Source of the DNA: Octopus sinensis
Lineage: Eukaryota
Length of the DNA stretch: 64,000 nucleotides
Direction of reading: 5' to 3'
Assembly (NCBI RefSeq): GCF_006345805.1
Contig: NC_043003.1
Coordinates: forward strand, 30,194,001-30,258,000
The translations under genes were made by a program, and so were the position numbers. The notes under the pieces were generated by a model, which saw only the letters and a list, made by a program, of their open reading frames with translations, searched no databases and was not told where the DNA came from. Shown here in pieces: positions 1 to 13,148 of the stretch (positions are counted from its first letter, which is position 1; the number at the start of each line of letters is the position of its first letter).

Positions 1-418
1 AGTCCTATTAATATTCCACTATTATGTAATGCGGGCAAGCCTGAACCAGAATAAATTTACACTGGTTCATACAAAATGGCTGTAATTTTTTTATTTATTT
101 TTAGAATAAAATTTGTCACAAATCTAGATGTACATTAGACTAGAACTTATCCCTGTATCTATAGCTTTAAAATGACCAGGCGGATATAATACTCCTTACC
201 CTGCCCTCAAAGGGCATCAGTCTGCTGCAGGATTAAACTCCAGATGCTGCTGGTACTTATTTTGAATTGAGTAGACTGAAGCAATGTGAAATGAAGTGTT
301 TTGCTCAAGAACACTATGCCCTATCCAGTTTGGGAATTGAAACCACAAACTTACAATTGTGAGTTCAACACCTGCCTTCACTTAACATTAATGTGGTAGA
401 TATTTGATGGTTTCAAAG

Positions 419-630
419 TGGTGAGCTGGCAGAATCGTTACCCACTGGGCAAAATACTTAGTGGAATTTTGTCCATGTTACATTCTCAGTTCAAATTCCA
501 CAGAGGTCGACTTTACTTTACATCCTTTCAGAGTTGATAAAACAAATACTAGTTGTGGACTGAGGTCGATGTAATCAACTTACCTGCTCCCCTAAAATTT
601 CAGGCCTTGTGCCTATAGTAGAAAGGATTT
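419..630 (+). mobile_element. SINE with Nin/Deu-like central domain (mirrored at ~28990-29197)
   Basis: ggtgagctggcagaatcgtta...gttcaaattcc head and catcctttcagagttgataaaacaaatactag core. Same family at 48095-48310 (-) and partially at 16260-16355. Confidence 0.7.
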
Positions 631-631
631 C

Positions 632-980
632 TGGCTGTGTGATTAAAAAGCTTGCTTTGCAACCACATGGTTTTGGGTTCAGTCCCAAACATTAGAAAAT
701 GTCTTCTATTATATCCCCAGCCAACCAATGCCTTGTGTGTGAATTTGATAGATGAAAACTGTGGAATACTGTCATATGTATGTATGTGTATGTCTTTGTA
801 ACCTCCACTACACTTGACAACTGGTTTTGGTTTGTTATAACTTAGCAGTTATGCAAAAGAGACTGATAGAATAAGTACCAGACTTTAAAAATAAGTAATG
901 TTGATTTGTTCAGGTAAACTTTTCAAGATGGTGCCCCAGCATAGCCACAATAAAATAACTGGGACAAGTAAAAATAGATA
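632..980 (+). mobile_element. tRNA-derived SINE (degenerate)
   Basis: ggctgtgtgattaaaaagcttgc...gggttcagtccca A/B-box-like head and ggtgccccagcatagccaca tail; homologous to 52231-52612. Confidence 0.7.
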
Positions 981-1623
981 AGCACATAACCAGAAATGTT
1001 TTGGGGTAGGACATAGTTGATTAAATCAACCCCAATATATTCAAATAAACAAAGAGTCTCTATAAGATTACTCAACCTGCTACAAATAACAATCAAGCGC
1101 CTCTCAAATCACATTCTGATATCTTATAAAAATGAGATACGTTGGATAATCTACTCCTAGACACATTGTGTCTGAAATAAAACTGGATGGTCATAGTTGG
1201 AATGCTTTAGACTATATGTCTCTTGATTGAAGTACCTGGGTTTAAATAGCATCAATAATCACCCAAGGATATTGCTTGCATTTATTTTACCAACCTCCAA
1301 TCTGTAAACTTCTACCTATGAGGACAAGACAAAATCAATTGCCATACTATAAAGTAAATATAGTCCTTTGCCATGTCGTGGTCGACATAACGCGCACTCA
1401 GTACATTGTGGATTTTTCTGGTTGATATATGTAAATATATATAGTGGACCCCTTAGTATATTGCAGGTTTCTGTGGCCGATAGGTATTTATATTTTTTAG
1501 CTTTTAATTATTTTTGTGGGAGGTTTTGGAATGTAACACCCATGATAATTGAGGGAAATACTATAGACCTAATTAAATCTGCTATTCTCTTTGCTTCCTA
1601 CAAACTTTTAATTTGGTAATAAT

Positions 1624-1965
1624 AGGTGCAGGCATGGCTGTGTGGTTAAGAAGTTTGCTTCCCAACAAAATAGTTTTTGATTCAGTCCCACTATGTGGCA
1701 TCTTGAGCTGTGGTCCCAGACTGACCAATGGATTCAGATGACAGGAACTGAAAGAATCCTGTCTTATAAATATGTATGTTTGTCTCTGTCATGCAAGCTG
1801 TTTCAGTGATTTCTAATATTCAGTGGAAACATGTTAGGCCATGGGGAAATATTACATTCTTTGGAACCAGATGAGGGTTGGCAACAGGAAAGGTATCTGG
1901 CAATAGAAAATCCACCTCAATATACTCTACTTGACCTATACAAGTATTGAAAAGCAAATGTTAAA
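1624..1965 (+). mobile_element. tRNA-derived SINE (degenerate)
   Basis: aggtgcaggcatggctgtgtggttaagaagtttgcttccc head, same family as 36176 and 52231. Confidence 0.65.
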
Positions 1966-2779
1966 ACATTGAAATGTCATTTTCATCCATTCTTTGATTT
2001 GTGTTACAATTATTTTTAATTTTAGTAATAAATTTCACACAATATAATCCATAGCCAAACACCTAGGTTGTCCTTGAATAAAACCTTAGAAAATCTAATA
2101 GAATCATGACAGAATAGTCTCTTTCAACAGCCAGAAGACACAATCACTATCCATACAATAATATAAAGCTCCTTCTCTGTTCAATGAATATGAAATTATG
2201 TTGCTGCTACACAGAAACATTGAGCCTCCATGAAACAGTGGCGAATGATGTTTTCTTCTTGATGTTGGTAGAGACAGAGTGTGTTTAGCTGACTAAAGAT
2301 GTTACTGAGATGGGGTAATGATAGCTTTATCAAAATTTGCTGGAGGCTTTTGAATGTCAATCTCAGTACATTTTATTTAGTTTGTCATACCTAAACACTA
2401 ATAAATTTCAGCTAACTATGCAGTAAAATAATTTTGATGATGAAATAGAGGAGAAGACTATAAATAGTATATTTTTTGTGCTCACTTCCATTACTTGTCC
2501 AAAGGTTGAATAAGAGATAGAAGCTTGGCTTCTTGAGGCCAACAGCAATGACTGAGTGAAATATTAAATATAATACACATTTAATATGAATATAAATTTA
2601 CACATGCAGGCATGGCTGTATGGCCAAGAAGTCTGCTTCTCAACCACTTGCTTTTAGATTCATTCTCACAGCATGGTACCTTGGGCAAGTGTCTTCTGCT
2701 ATAGCCCAGGGCTAACCAAAACCTTGTAATTGGATTTGGCTGACAGAAACTGAAAGAAGTCTGTGTGTGTGTACTGATG

Positions 2780-4892
2780 ATGACAGATTAAACCTGTGGT
2801 TGGAGCAAAGCTTCCACCAGATCAAGGGTGACATGGTAGTAGAAGTGTGAGGCCAACAAAGTTATAAAAGAGAAGAGATGGGATTGGAAAGACTGGAAGA
2901 GTGGTGGTAACAAAGAACCATATCAGATAGCTAAAAGAGAGACTAGCCATCAGATAGGCAGATGCAGAAGGAAAGAGGTCTGCCAATGTCTTGCAGCACA
3001 AAGATCAGATACTTGATGTGTTCCATATTGCTACACAGTGTGTTAGAGATAATCGAGATGTTGTGGGAGAGAAGTGTGTACAGATAGTTGTACACTTGCT
3101 CTTAGTGATCCTGAAAAGAAAATGGTATGAAAGAGCTACTATGAAAAACTATTAAATGCAGAGAATGAATGGGAGAAAGGGAATCTTCCTCATGTGAACC
3201 CAACAGAGGTACCAGCTGGCCTAGTTTACAACAGCATCATAGATAAGGCAATTAAAGATATGAAAACAGGGAAGGCCCCTGGTCCATCAGGAGTCACTGC
3301 TGAGATGCTTAAGTAAACTGATACAGATGGATACAGTCTAGTTACCCGTATAGTTAATCAGGTTATGCAAGAAGGCATAATCCCAAGTGACTGGCACAGC
3401 AGCATCATAGTCAGCTGTTACATGGGCAAAGAAGATGCGTTAAATAGAAGTAATTATAGAGGCATCAAATTACTGGACCAGGTGATGAAAGTGGCGGAGA
3501 GAGTTATAGCCCAATTAATTAGGAATGGAATTAGATCAGATGAAATCCAGGAGAAAGTACCACAGATAATATTGTCATAGTCGGGCAACTGCAAGAGGAA
3601 TATTTAGCAAAGAACAAGCTGTTGTACTTGGCATTTGTTGATCTAGAGAAAGCCTTTGACAGAGTACCTCACTCAGTGATATTTTGGACTCAAAGGAAGT
3701 GGAAGCTAGGGATAGATGATTGGCTTTTAAAAGCAGCACAGGCCACGTACAAGGGTGCTGTTGGTAATGTAAGAGTTGGCCTTCGGTACTGCGATGAATT
3801 TAGTGAACAAGCAGGTGCTCACCAAGGCTCGGTCCTCAGTGCCCTGCTATTCATCGTTGTCCTCCAGGCCATAACAGAGGAATTTAAGACTGGAAGCTCA
3901 TGGGAACTACTATATGCTGATGATCTTGCTCTCATAGCAGAATCTGGAACAGAATTAGAAAAAAAATTTCAGGTGTGAAAACAGAATCTGGAATCAAAGG
4001 GTCTGAAAGTAAACTTAGCAAGAGATCGAACAGGATCCTTCACCCTTCCAGTGAACCCAGTGCAAGTTGTGGACACACAAGAGGTGCAGTAGAATAGTAG
4101 GAAGGTTAACAGAGAAAGCAGTGTTAGCATGTGGGAGATGTATGGAAGCTATAAAGACCCCCAGATACACAAGAATCTGTTTTCCTCAAATGTATAAGTG
4201 GCTCTCTGAAAGTTGTAGATAATTTTTGCTACCTAGGTAACCTAATCAGCAGTGGAGGAGGTTGTATAAAAAGGGTAATTGCTAGAATAAGAATAGGATG
4301 AAGAAAGTTCAGACAGCTGCTGCCTGTTTTGCATGATGCATGTGTACAAAATGTGATGCTACAGGGTGGTGAGAAGTGGGCCCTGAATGCAGAGGACACG
4401 CAATGGTTGGAGAGGAATGAAGCTGGTATACTCATCTGGATATGCAATGTCAGTGTGCATATGCGACAGAGCAATGGCGTATTGAGAGAGAAGTTGGGAT
4501 AAGAGGAATTATATGCAGTGTGCAAGAGAAGAGACTATGCTGGTTTGGTTGTATAATGTGGATGGATGAGGATAGTTGCATGACCCAGGAAGAAATAGGA
4601 TGAAGTATTGAAGGCTAATCTCAAAATGCTGAGCCTTATGAAGATGACAGAGGCCTGAGATATGTGGCATATTGCTATAATCAACAAGACCCAACAAATT
4701 GAGATACTAAAATCAAGATGCCATGTAAAAAGTATTGGTATGGGTGCTGGTGTTAGCAATGGCATCCAGTTGTAGAAACCAAGCTAAAGTAGACTATGGA
4801 ACTTAGTGCAGCCTCTGACTTGCCAGTTCCTGTCAAGCTGTCCAATCCATGCCAGCATGGAAAACAGAAGTTAAATGCTGATGATGATGATG
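2780..4892 (+). mobile_element. Decayed RTE-clade LINE (reverse transcriptase pseudogene)
   Basis: RT motifs IPSDW, NYRGIKLL, AFVDLEKAFDRVP, HQGSVLS, LLYADDLAL; stops and frameshifts; 3' end ccatgccagcatggaaaacagaagttaaa followed by (GAT)n. Confidence 0.9.
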
Positions 4893-7687
4893 TGTTTGTG
4901 TCTCTCCTTCCTTGAACATCACGAACAGTTGTAAACTAAGCATTACTGTTGTATGATGTTCATTTCTTATCTTTCATGAAAACATATCTGGCCACAAAGA
5001 AATATGACCTTATTTGGAAAGAAGTGAAAGTTGGTGATGTGATGGGCATCCAGCCATACAAAATCTCCCTCAACAAACTATGTCTGAACCATGCACGTAT
5101 GGAAAAGTGGACATTAAACTGATGATGATGATACATACATATATATACAATAATATTTGATATAAATATTGGTTAGTTGATTTCTCTCAAGTTACACTTT
5201 ACATTGTATACAGAAAGTAAAGGACAACTACAGAGTTAACATAAGAGGTGCAGGTTGAGTGTCTTATAATTTTCTGATTAAAGCACACACTTTTTATGAA
5301 ATTTTGCAGATAGGTTTGTGATGAAGTGGATTGCTATCGTATTGAGAAAATTTAGAAAACAATGTATTTATTGCAAATATACAAACGAAAAAAATTTGCA
5401 TTACCTAATTTTAAGGTAAATATATTTCTTTTGAAAATTTGTAATCATTTCATCATTTTGTATATGTAAAATAAAATTTGATAAAAGTTAAATTATTATT
5501 GTATGTCATATTTTTTGATATTATGCATGGATGAGGGCAAAAGTATATTTTGAAAATGACAGGTAATGCTCTAGTGTGTGTGTGTATGTATATATATATA
5601 ATGCTGCAGACACTACTTATTTTAATTGCATAACTTTTCAAAGTGTCAAAACATTTAGCACCAGTTCTTGGTAAAATGACCAACTACATATGCAAATGAA
5701 GTCAAATATATTTAAATTACTCTTAACATCTCAAAGAATCCAGTTCATTTATATATTTATCTTTTATGTTAGAAAATTTTATAACATTCATGCTACTGAA
5801 TAAGGAATAATGTTTTTACCTCAGCACTTGAATTAAGCAAATGCTACATCTCTAAAAGATTTTCTCTAGTTTCAGCAAATGAATTTTTTAGGAGCCTTTC
5901 AGACAAGTATGGGCTATTGCAAAAAATGGTACACACACATATCTAGACAGAAATAATGATGGAACTTAATTTCTAGTTAACTCTTGCAACAATGCTGATT
6001 TATTAACTACTTGTCTTATTCACAGCACCATTAAATACACCCTTAACTACTTTTTCTACCTTTGTACATACCTAAATTTCTCATTGTCCACCAATCTATT
6101 TAACTTGGAAACCTACCGAAGACATTTTCTAAATACCAAAAACCAAGGTGTCACCTTAGTGCTGGGTTACTAACTTCCAACAATTATCTCAAGAAATATA
6201 TAGAATCCAAGAGTTCATGTTTTTATACAAAGTCAAACTACATTCTCAAGTGTTAACTCTCTTGTAGTAATTTTCCTGATTACTTACAACCATTGTTAAC
6301 TGACATTTGTATTTTCTCACAGTACATGATACTATCCAATCATTTTCAAAAGTACCATACTATACAATCTCATAAACTAATTAGCTTAACGTCACCCTAT
6401 CTTCATTATCTGAACAATCTGTGAGGAAACTATAACTTTTTCTTGTCATTTCAATTGTTTTATTAACAAACTCACATTGATCACTCCAGCTAGGCTTTCA
6501 GCTTATATCAATAGAACTATGCTTTTGCTATACCTTCAGTTTCTTTATTTAAGAATTTATGACACTGATACATCCATATCATTTTAGATACACTTTCCCC
6601 CACAGTGACATTGTAATTCACATATATATACTATAATACAATTTGAAACACTTCACCTTAATGTAAAACAGCAACATATTTCTAGCAAGGCACACCTGGC
6701 ATGTATCATCCAGCCTAGGGTCTAGGTATTTCTTGGCATTACACACTTTTTACCTCTTCAAAAATTCTCACCTTTGATAACCCTTCTACCTCACATTTCT
6801 ACTGTTATATTGTCCCCTGCATGGCTGGGGGACCTGCTATACTTGTACAGTAAGTCTTTTACAGCATATTATGTTTTATTTGTATCTAGTACTTCACTAT
6901 GCTATAATCCATAACATATTTTTCTAATTCCTTTCAGGGACATCTAACTTTTACATTGTCTGTTCCAAACTCATGACTATTCTTAACTTTATAATTTTGT
7001 TTTTATATTCTTTGCAGTATATAGTGCAAGTGAGCTTCTTTTAGTAAAAGTTCAATTTTTACAGAAAATCACCCTTCTTTCAAGTACACACACTGTAGTA
7101 GGAAGGACAGATGAAATAGATTTTTTCCTAGATGGCAACTTTGAACTCCCAAAACACAACTGTAAACATTTCATAGAATTAAAATAGTGAAAAGGGTTTG
7201 AGTAACCAAATTAGATATTAAAGTTAATTCAGAATGAATCAGTAAAGTGAATTACATTTACATGAAGTTTAATTATAAAATATTACAATTCATTTGGTAA
7301 ATACACTGACATTGTACCATATAAATATTAAAATTGTTACATGTATAACTAGGGGAAAAAAATTTAGTGTTCAACTTATGATTGTCTGTAAAAATAAAAT
7401 TATAACCTGAAATCATTAGTGTAGCATTTTTAAAATCAATCTGTGTGTATAATTTCATTAAAGAATTTTTCAAACATCTCGACCATCTGACTGGCATTTG
7501 ATACAAATGATTGGTTTACAATATTAACAATTACTACATATTACAAAAAAATATCTCAAATAGCTCAAGTAACATTATATAAGCATGGCTTTCATTGATT
7601 CTCTGTAACATATAAAATTCTATTGCATCGTTTTACAGGAATTTCTTTGTGGTGTCATAATATATTAATTTATACAAGTTCTTCCAA

Positions 7688-7886
7688 CTATTTCTCCTGT
7701 TTTATGGTTTACTTTTTATGTGCTTTTTGCTCGTGATTGATCAAAACCTTTTTTGTAGAGAAAGTTTTATCACAGATATCACAATGATATGGTTTCACAC
7801 CTGTGTGAACAGGCATGTGACGAGACAAACCCTGCTTATCATAAAATGCTTTATCACAAATATCACAACTAAATGGTCTTTCACCT
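7688..7886 (-). pseudogene. ZNF-A: last two C2H2 fingers of a zinc-finger gene running into the gap
   Basis: Reads [61 protein letters not shown]>TAA change at 7709-7711 lies 7 codons before the ancestral TAG at 7688-7690. The 5' part is hidden by Ns, so functional status is unknown. Confidence 0.75.
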
Positions 7887-7986
7887 NNNNNNNNNNNNNN
7901 NNNNNNNNNNNNNNNNNNNNNNNNNNNNNNNNNNNNNNNNNNNNNNNNNNNNNNNNNNNNNNNNNNNNNNNNNNNNNNNNNNNNNN
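7887..7986. other. Assembly gap (100 N)
   Basis: Run of exactly 100 N, a typical unsized-gap placeholder. Confidence 0.99.
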
Positions 7987-8688
7987 TGAGAAGATCAAGA
8001 TGGAACTGGGGGGAAACTAGAGGGGATATCCTAGGACAAGAGTAAGTGAAAAGAGATTATTATGGCCTGTGCCCTAGGAAGAGCCAAGGGCCTGAATGAA
8101 TAAGTGGCTATGCTATAATTATGTTTAAACAGATGCTACTAATTCCATTGAGTCAGATTTCTCCTTCCCTGTCATTGCTCTGTTCTAAATATCATTCATT
8201 TATGTCTTTTCAAATATATTTGACAATTTGAACACAATAACCTACAAAGAATCTATTTAAATTAATGTTGGATTTTTATAATTAATCACTCTTCTTCCAA
8301 AATCACAAACTATATTTGGCTGAAAGAGCTGATGAAATGGCTTTTCAAGATTATTGGAATTTTAATCCACAGAGGCAAAAGTAACTGTCACAATTATCAA
8401 CTGTTTAACATCAAAATAGTGACAGATGTCAGTGTGATCACATCAGATATTAATTTTATACCAAATTGAATCAATGAAGAGGTTTATATAAAGTTTAATT
8501 ATAAAACATTATAACTTTATTTACACAAACCTTCTGTAAGCTAGTTACATAAACATATGTAAATTTACATTCAGTTCCAGTACTGTGTTGAAGAAAGTTC
8601 TGGAAGAAAAATGTTATGGCTGAATGAACATACGACTCTTGTCTACCTTCCTCCACTTTCAATACAGTTCTGTTGTATGTTTTATACT

Positions 8689-9813
8689 TCATGAAGTAAT
8701 AATTTGTACAAATTCTTCCAACTTATTCTCTTGTTTTATGGTTTGCTTTTTATGTGCTTTTTGCTTATGATTAGTCAAAATCTTTTTCTTAGAGAAAGTT
8801 TTATCACAGATATCACAATGATATGGTTTCTCACCTGTGTGAACAGGTATGTGACGAGTTAAACTCTGATTATCATAAAATGTTTTACCACAAATATCAC
8901 AGTGGTATGGTTTCTCACCTGTTTGAACACGTAAATGCCGAGTTAAATGACCATTCTGAAAGAATTTTTTTCCACATATATCACAGTGGTATGGTTTCTC
9001 ACCTGTGTGGATTCGTTTGTGTGTAGATAATTTACTAGAGAATGTTTTTCCACAGATTTCACAGTAGTATGGTTTCACACCTGTGTGAGTACGTTGGTGG
9101 TTAGTCGTTTTACTTCTTCCAGAGAAGGTTTTCCCACAGACATCACAGTGGTATGGCTTCTCATTTGTGTGAATGTCCTTGTGGTCTATTCAAATCAGAA
9201 CTTCGAGAAAATGTTTTAGCACAAATACCACACTGATATGGTTTTTCACCTGTGTGAATACGTTTGTGAATAGCTAATTTATCACTCTGAGAGAATGATT
9301 TCCCACACATATCACAGTTATATGGTTTCTCACCTGAGTGAGTATATTTATGTCTACTGAAATAACCATACTGAGTGAATGTTCTACTGCAAATAGCATA
9401 GTAGTATGGCTTTTCACCAGTATGAATACGTTTATGATTAGTCAAAGTACTGCTCTCAGAAAAGGTTCTGCCACAGATATCACAATAGTGTTTTTTCTTG
9501 CTTCTGTGTATACACTTGTGTTTAGTCATGTGGCAATTTTGAGAAAATATTTTACCACATACTGAGCATTTACAAACTTTCTGACTTGTTAAAGTACTCT
9601 TAGAGTTTAGTAATTGTTTTACTGTAAATATATTTCTTCTTCCAACATTTCGGAAACATTTTTTGTTTCAATATGGCATTTGATTGTGTGAATGTTTTCT
9701 TATTAATGTTCAAGAGATATGATTTCTTCTGTGGATCTACACATATTTGATATGTCATTAGTTTCAGGCTGTGCTTGATCACAAACCTGATTCACATAAA
9801 GTTTCACCTCCAT
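8689..9813 (-). pseudogene. ZNF-B: frameshifted tandem C2H2 zinc-finger pseudogene, paralog of ZNF-D
   Basis: ATG at 9813 (MEVKLYVNQVCDQAQPETNDISN). Frameshifts near 9745 and 9185; lost ligands ([15 protein letters not shown]); shortened finger (FSSKLSTH); C-terminus HKKQTIKQE shared with A, C and D. Confidence 0.85.
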
Positions 9814-10171
9814 ATATTCCTTTATATTTTGTATGAAAAGTTTTAAAAATTTGATAAATTTTTCTGATACTTCCAAATAAACACTGAAGTATCAATGGTA
9901 TTTCTTTTTCTTGAGGCAAAAAGTGATGCTTGATGAAGCCTGTAAATACTTCTGTCACAGGAAACAATTTCAAGATATTGTATTAGGACAGCTTTTTTTT
10001 CCCCTTGAGTTCAATTACTAGATATTACAAAAAAAAATATCTCAAATAACTCGAGTAACATTATATAAGCATGGCTTTCATTAATTTTCTGTAACATAAA
10101 ATTTCATTGCATCGTTTTACAAGAATTTCTTTGTGGTGTCATAATATATTAATTTATACAAGTTCTTCCAA

Positions 10172-11356
10172 CTATTTCTCTTGTTTTATGGTTTGCTTTT
10201 TATGTGCTTTTTGCTTGTGATTAATCAAAACCTTTTTCGTAGAGAAAGTTTTATCACAGATATCACAAAGATATGGTTTCACACCTGTGTGAACAGGCAT
10301 GTGACGAGACAAACCCTGCTTATCATAAAATACTTTACCACAAATATCACAACTAAATGGTCTTTCACCTGTGTGACGACGTAGATGAATTGTCAATTGT
10401 GTGCTCTGTGTGAATGCCTTCCCACAAACATCACAATGACGAACAGGTGTGTGATAAGTTAAACTTTGGTCGTCAGCGTAAGCTTTATGCCCACGTATAT
10501 GAACTCTTAAATGACCTCTTTGAGTGAATGTTTTACCACATATATCACAGTGGTGTGGCTTCTCACCTGTATGAATCCGTAGATGTAGAGTTAAACTGTT
10601 CTTATGAGAGAATGTTTTACCACATATATCACAGTGGTGTGGTTTCTCACCTGTGTGGATGCGTATGTGATAAGTTCGGTCACTACTGGTAGTAAATGTT
10701 TTACCACAAACATCACAGCTGTATGGTTTATATCCTGTGTGACGGTTTCTGTGATTAGTGAAAGTATTATATCCAGAGAAAGTTTTACCACAGATATCAC
10801 AATGGTATGGTTTTTCCCCAGTGTGAATACGTTTGTGACTAGTCAAAGAAGTTCTTATAGAGAATCCTTTCCCACAGACATCACAACGATGTGGCTTTTC
10901 ATTTGTGTGAACTGATTTGTGATTATTCAAATAAGAGCTTCGAGCGAATTTTCTACCACAAATACCACACTGATATGGTTTCTCTCCTGTATGAATACGT
11001 TTGTGAAGAGATAAACTGCCCATCTCTGAGAATGATTCCCCACAGATGTCACAGCAGTGTGGTTTCTCTCCTGTGTGAGTATTTTTGTGATTCCTCAAAT
11101 GACCAGACTGTCTGAACCTTCTGCCACAAACCTTACAATGATATCACTTTTCATCAGTATGAATAGGTCTATAGTTAGTCAAAGTGGTTCTCTCAGAAAA
11201 GGTTTTATCACAAATGTCACTATGTTGTGAGAATGTCTTCTTACCAATGACAAAACGATATGGTTTCTTCTGTGCATCTACACACTCCTGATTAGTTATG
11301 TTATCAGATTCAGGTTGTTTTTCACATGCCTGGCTCTCCTCCAGTTTATCCTCCAT
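10172..11356 (-). pseudogene. ZNF-C: disrupted tandem C2H2 zinc-finger gene, palindrome mate of ZNF-D
   Basis: Starts MEDKLEESQACEKQPESD like ZNF-D. Nonsense codon at 11144-11146 (linker EKP>EK*), ~200-bp deletion in the 5' part, and in-frame 36- and 18-bp deletions (RGH|KAYAD, PV|RHCD). Confidence 0.85.
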
Positions 11357-11968
11357 GATTTTCTTACAAATATTAAAAATTTTTTTTATTTAATTTCAAA
11401 TGTGTACTGAAAGAAGCTGAATTCTCTGAAACTTTTCAATAAATATTTACCATGTATTTTCTCTTACTGAGAAAAAAAAACATGATATTTGACGAAGTCT
11501 GTAGATGTCTCAATTGTAAAGAAACAGATTTAAGATATTTTATTGGGACAGTTTCTCTTGCTAGAATTCAATCTTGGAATTAAAACTCAGCAACTTGAAA
11601 ACTGACTACAGTGCTCAAGCTATACAGATATGAAAGAGTTTCCAACAAAACCAATGAAATCTTCATGTTCCACAACTCAATTATAAACTGTTTACAGCTG
11701 AAATTTTAATTTCACGAAAAAATCAAGGTTATAATGCTGGTTGGTGTTAGTAAGGGTATCCAGCCATGAAAACACTACCAAAACAGTGAAACCTGGTGCA
11801 GTCTTCTGCCTAGCTAGCCCTTGTCAAACTGTCCAACCCATGCCTGCATGGAAAACAGATGTAAAATGATGATGATGAAAGAACAATCAATAAGTTTCTT
11901 GATGATGTCTGTATTCTGTTTTCAAAATCTGACAAAGTTCTTTATAAATCTTGAATCTGCAGTCACCA

Positions 11969-11996
11969 TCTCAATGTTACCACAAACCCTGAAACA
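11969..11996 (-). promoter_or_regulatory. Putative splice acceptor of ZNF-C terminal exon
   Basis: Minus strand ctgtttcag|ggtttgtggtaacattgaga; the same post-acceptor motif recurs at ZNF-E, F and G. Confidence 0.55.
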
Positions 11997-12997
11997 GAAT
12001 ATTAGAGAGTCAATGAAAAGGTAACAGAAAAGTTATTAGAGAGGAGGGACTTGACCAGAGACATTAACTGTTAGAATAATAAAGAAAAATCAGAAAATGT
12101 CTATATAGGAAAGACATTTATCAAAACTCTAAAGCAGGGATAATAGTAATGAGATACACATACATAAAAATAATAACAGGAGCTTTTGGTGGAATTAAAA
12201 TACAGAATGTTTTTAGTTTGGTTATGAACACTCAGAATACCATTACTATGAAAGTTAAGTTAGTACTAACATATTTAATGTTGGGGAAAAGAGAAAAGCA
12301 AACCCTAAAAATAATTAACTTGTTAAAAAAAGGAAACAACAACAATATCCAGTGACTAATATCATATTATTTTAAATGAGTTTTAAGCCTATTACCACCT
12401 CACCAGCAATGTACAGATCTCACAGTATATGCTAAAGTCATGATGGCGAAACCACAAACTTTATACTATATACTTGGTTATACAGTGGTTGGTGTAGAGT
12501 AGTAGAAATGTTTAGGCAATAAATAACTCAGGGATATCAATAGCATATAAAATGTTTTGAACTTCTTATAAAATATACTTCACATATGAGGTTATAATAA
12601 AGCTGAAACATGTACAATTTATTCAATCATGAGACAATTCCTGAATCTCAATCAAGTTGTAATGATATTAAAGAAACCAGTTCTTATTAACCAGCCAGCC
12701 ATAAGGAGAAAAGCCTGTAGCATCATTTGGTAGCTGGAGTTTTGTAGTAGTACTATAAAATGCAACTACAATTATTTGCGACAGGAGACCAAGTCACTCT
12801 TGTAGGAACTTGTTAACACTCATTCTCATTGTATTCATTGGAATTTCATACATTTGCAGAGATTGTAAAAGTTTCAGCAAAAAGATGAATGTTTGTAACA
12901 TCATCCTGTCAAACTGCAGTTGTCAATGGCAATTAGCATCAGTTTCAACTTGGCTTAATTTGCAATGCAAGTAGTATCATTTCAGCATATTATAATG

Positions 12998-13148
12998 GAA
13001 ACAACCACCCGGAATGCCTCTACGACAGTGCAGTTACGATTGGGTTCACATCGATGAGAAAGGCACAATCCAGGGAGGAGTGGACAGCGTGCTGTGACCA
13101 GCGGTGTCAAATGGACACCCGACGGACTGGTCAGCCAAGGTGAAGGTG
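12998..13148 (+). mobile_element. 5'-truncated RTE-like retroposon, left-arm-specific insertion
   Basis: Flanked by TSD ATAATG (12992-12997 and 13149-13154), ends caaggtgaaggtg, encodes MRKAQSREEWTAC like an RTE C-terminus. Empty site in the right arm near 18830. Confidence 0.8.

Noticed and set aside
7540-7886. ZNF-A as a pure assembly duplicate of the ZNF-C 3' end
   Set aside because: Several substitutions including a nonsense change distinguish them. Allelic haplotypes across the gap are not fully excluded.
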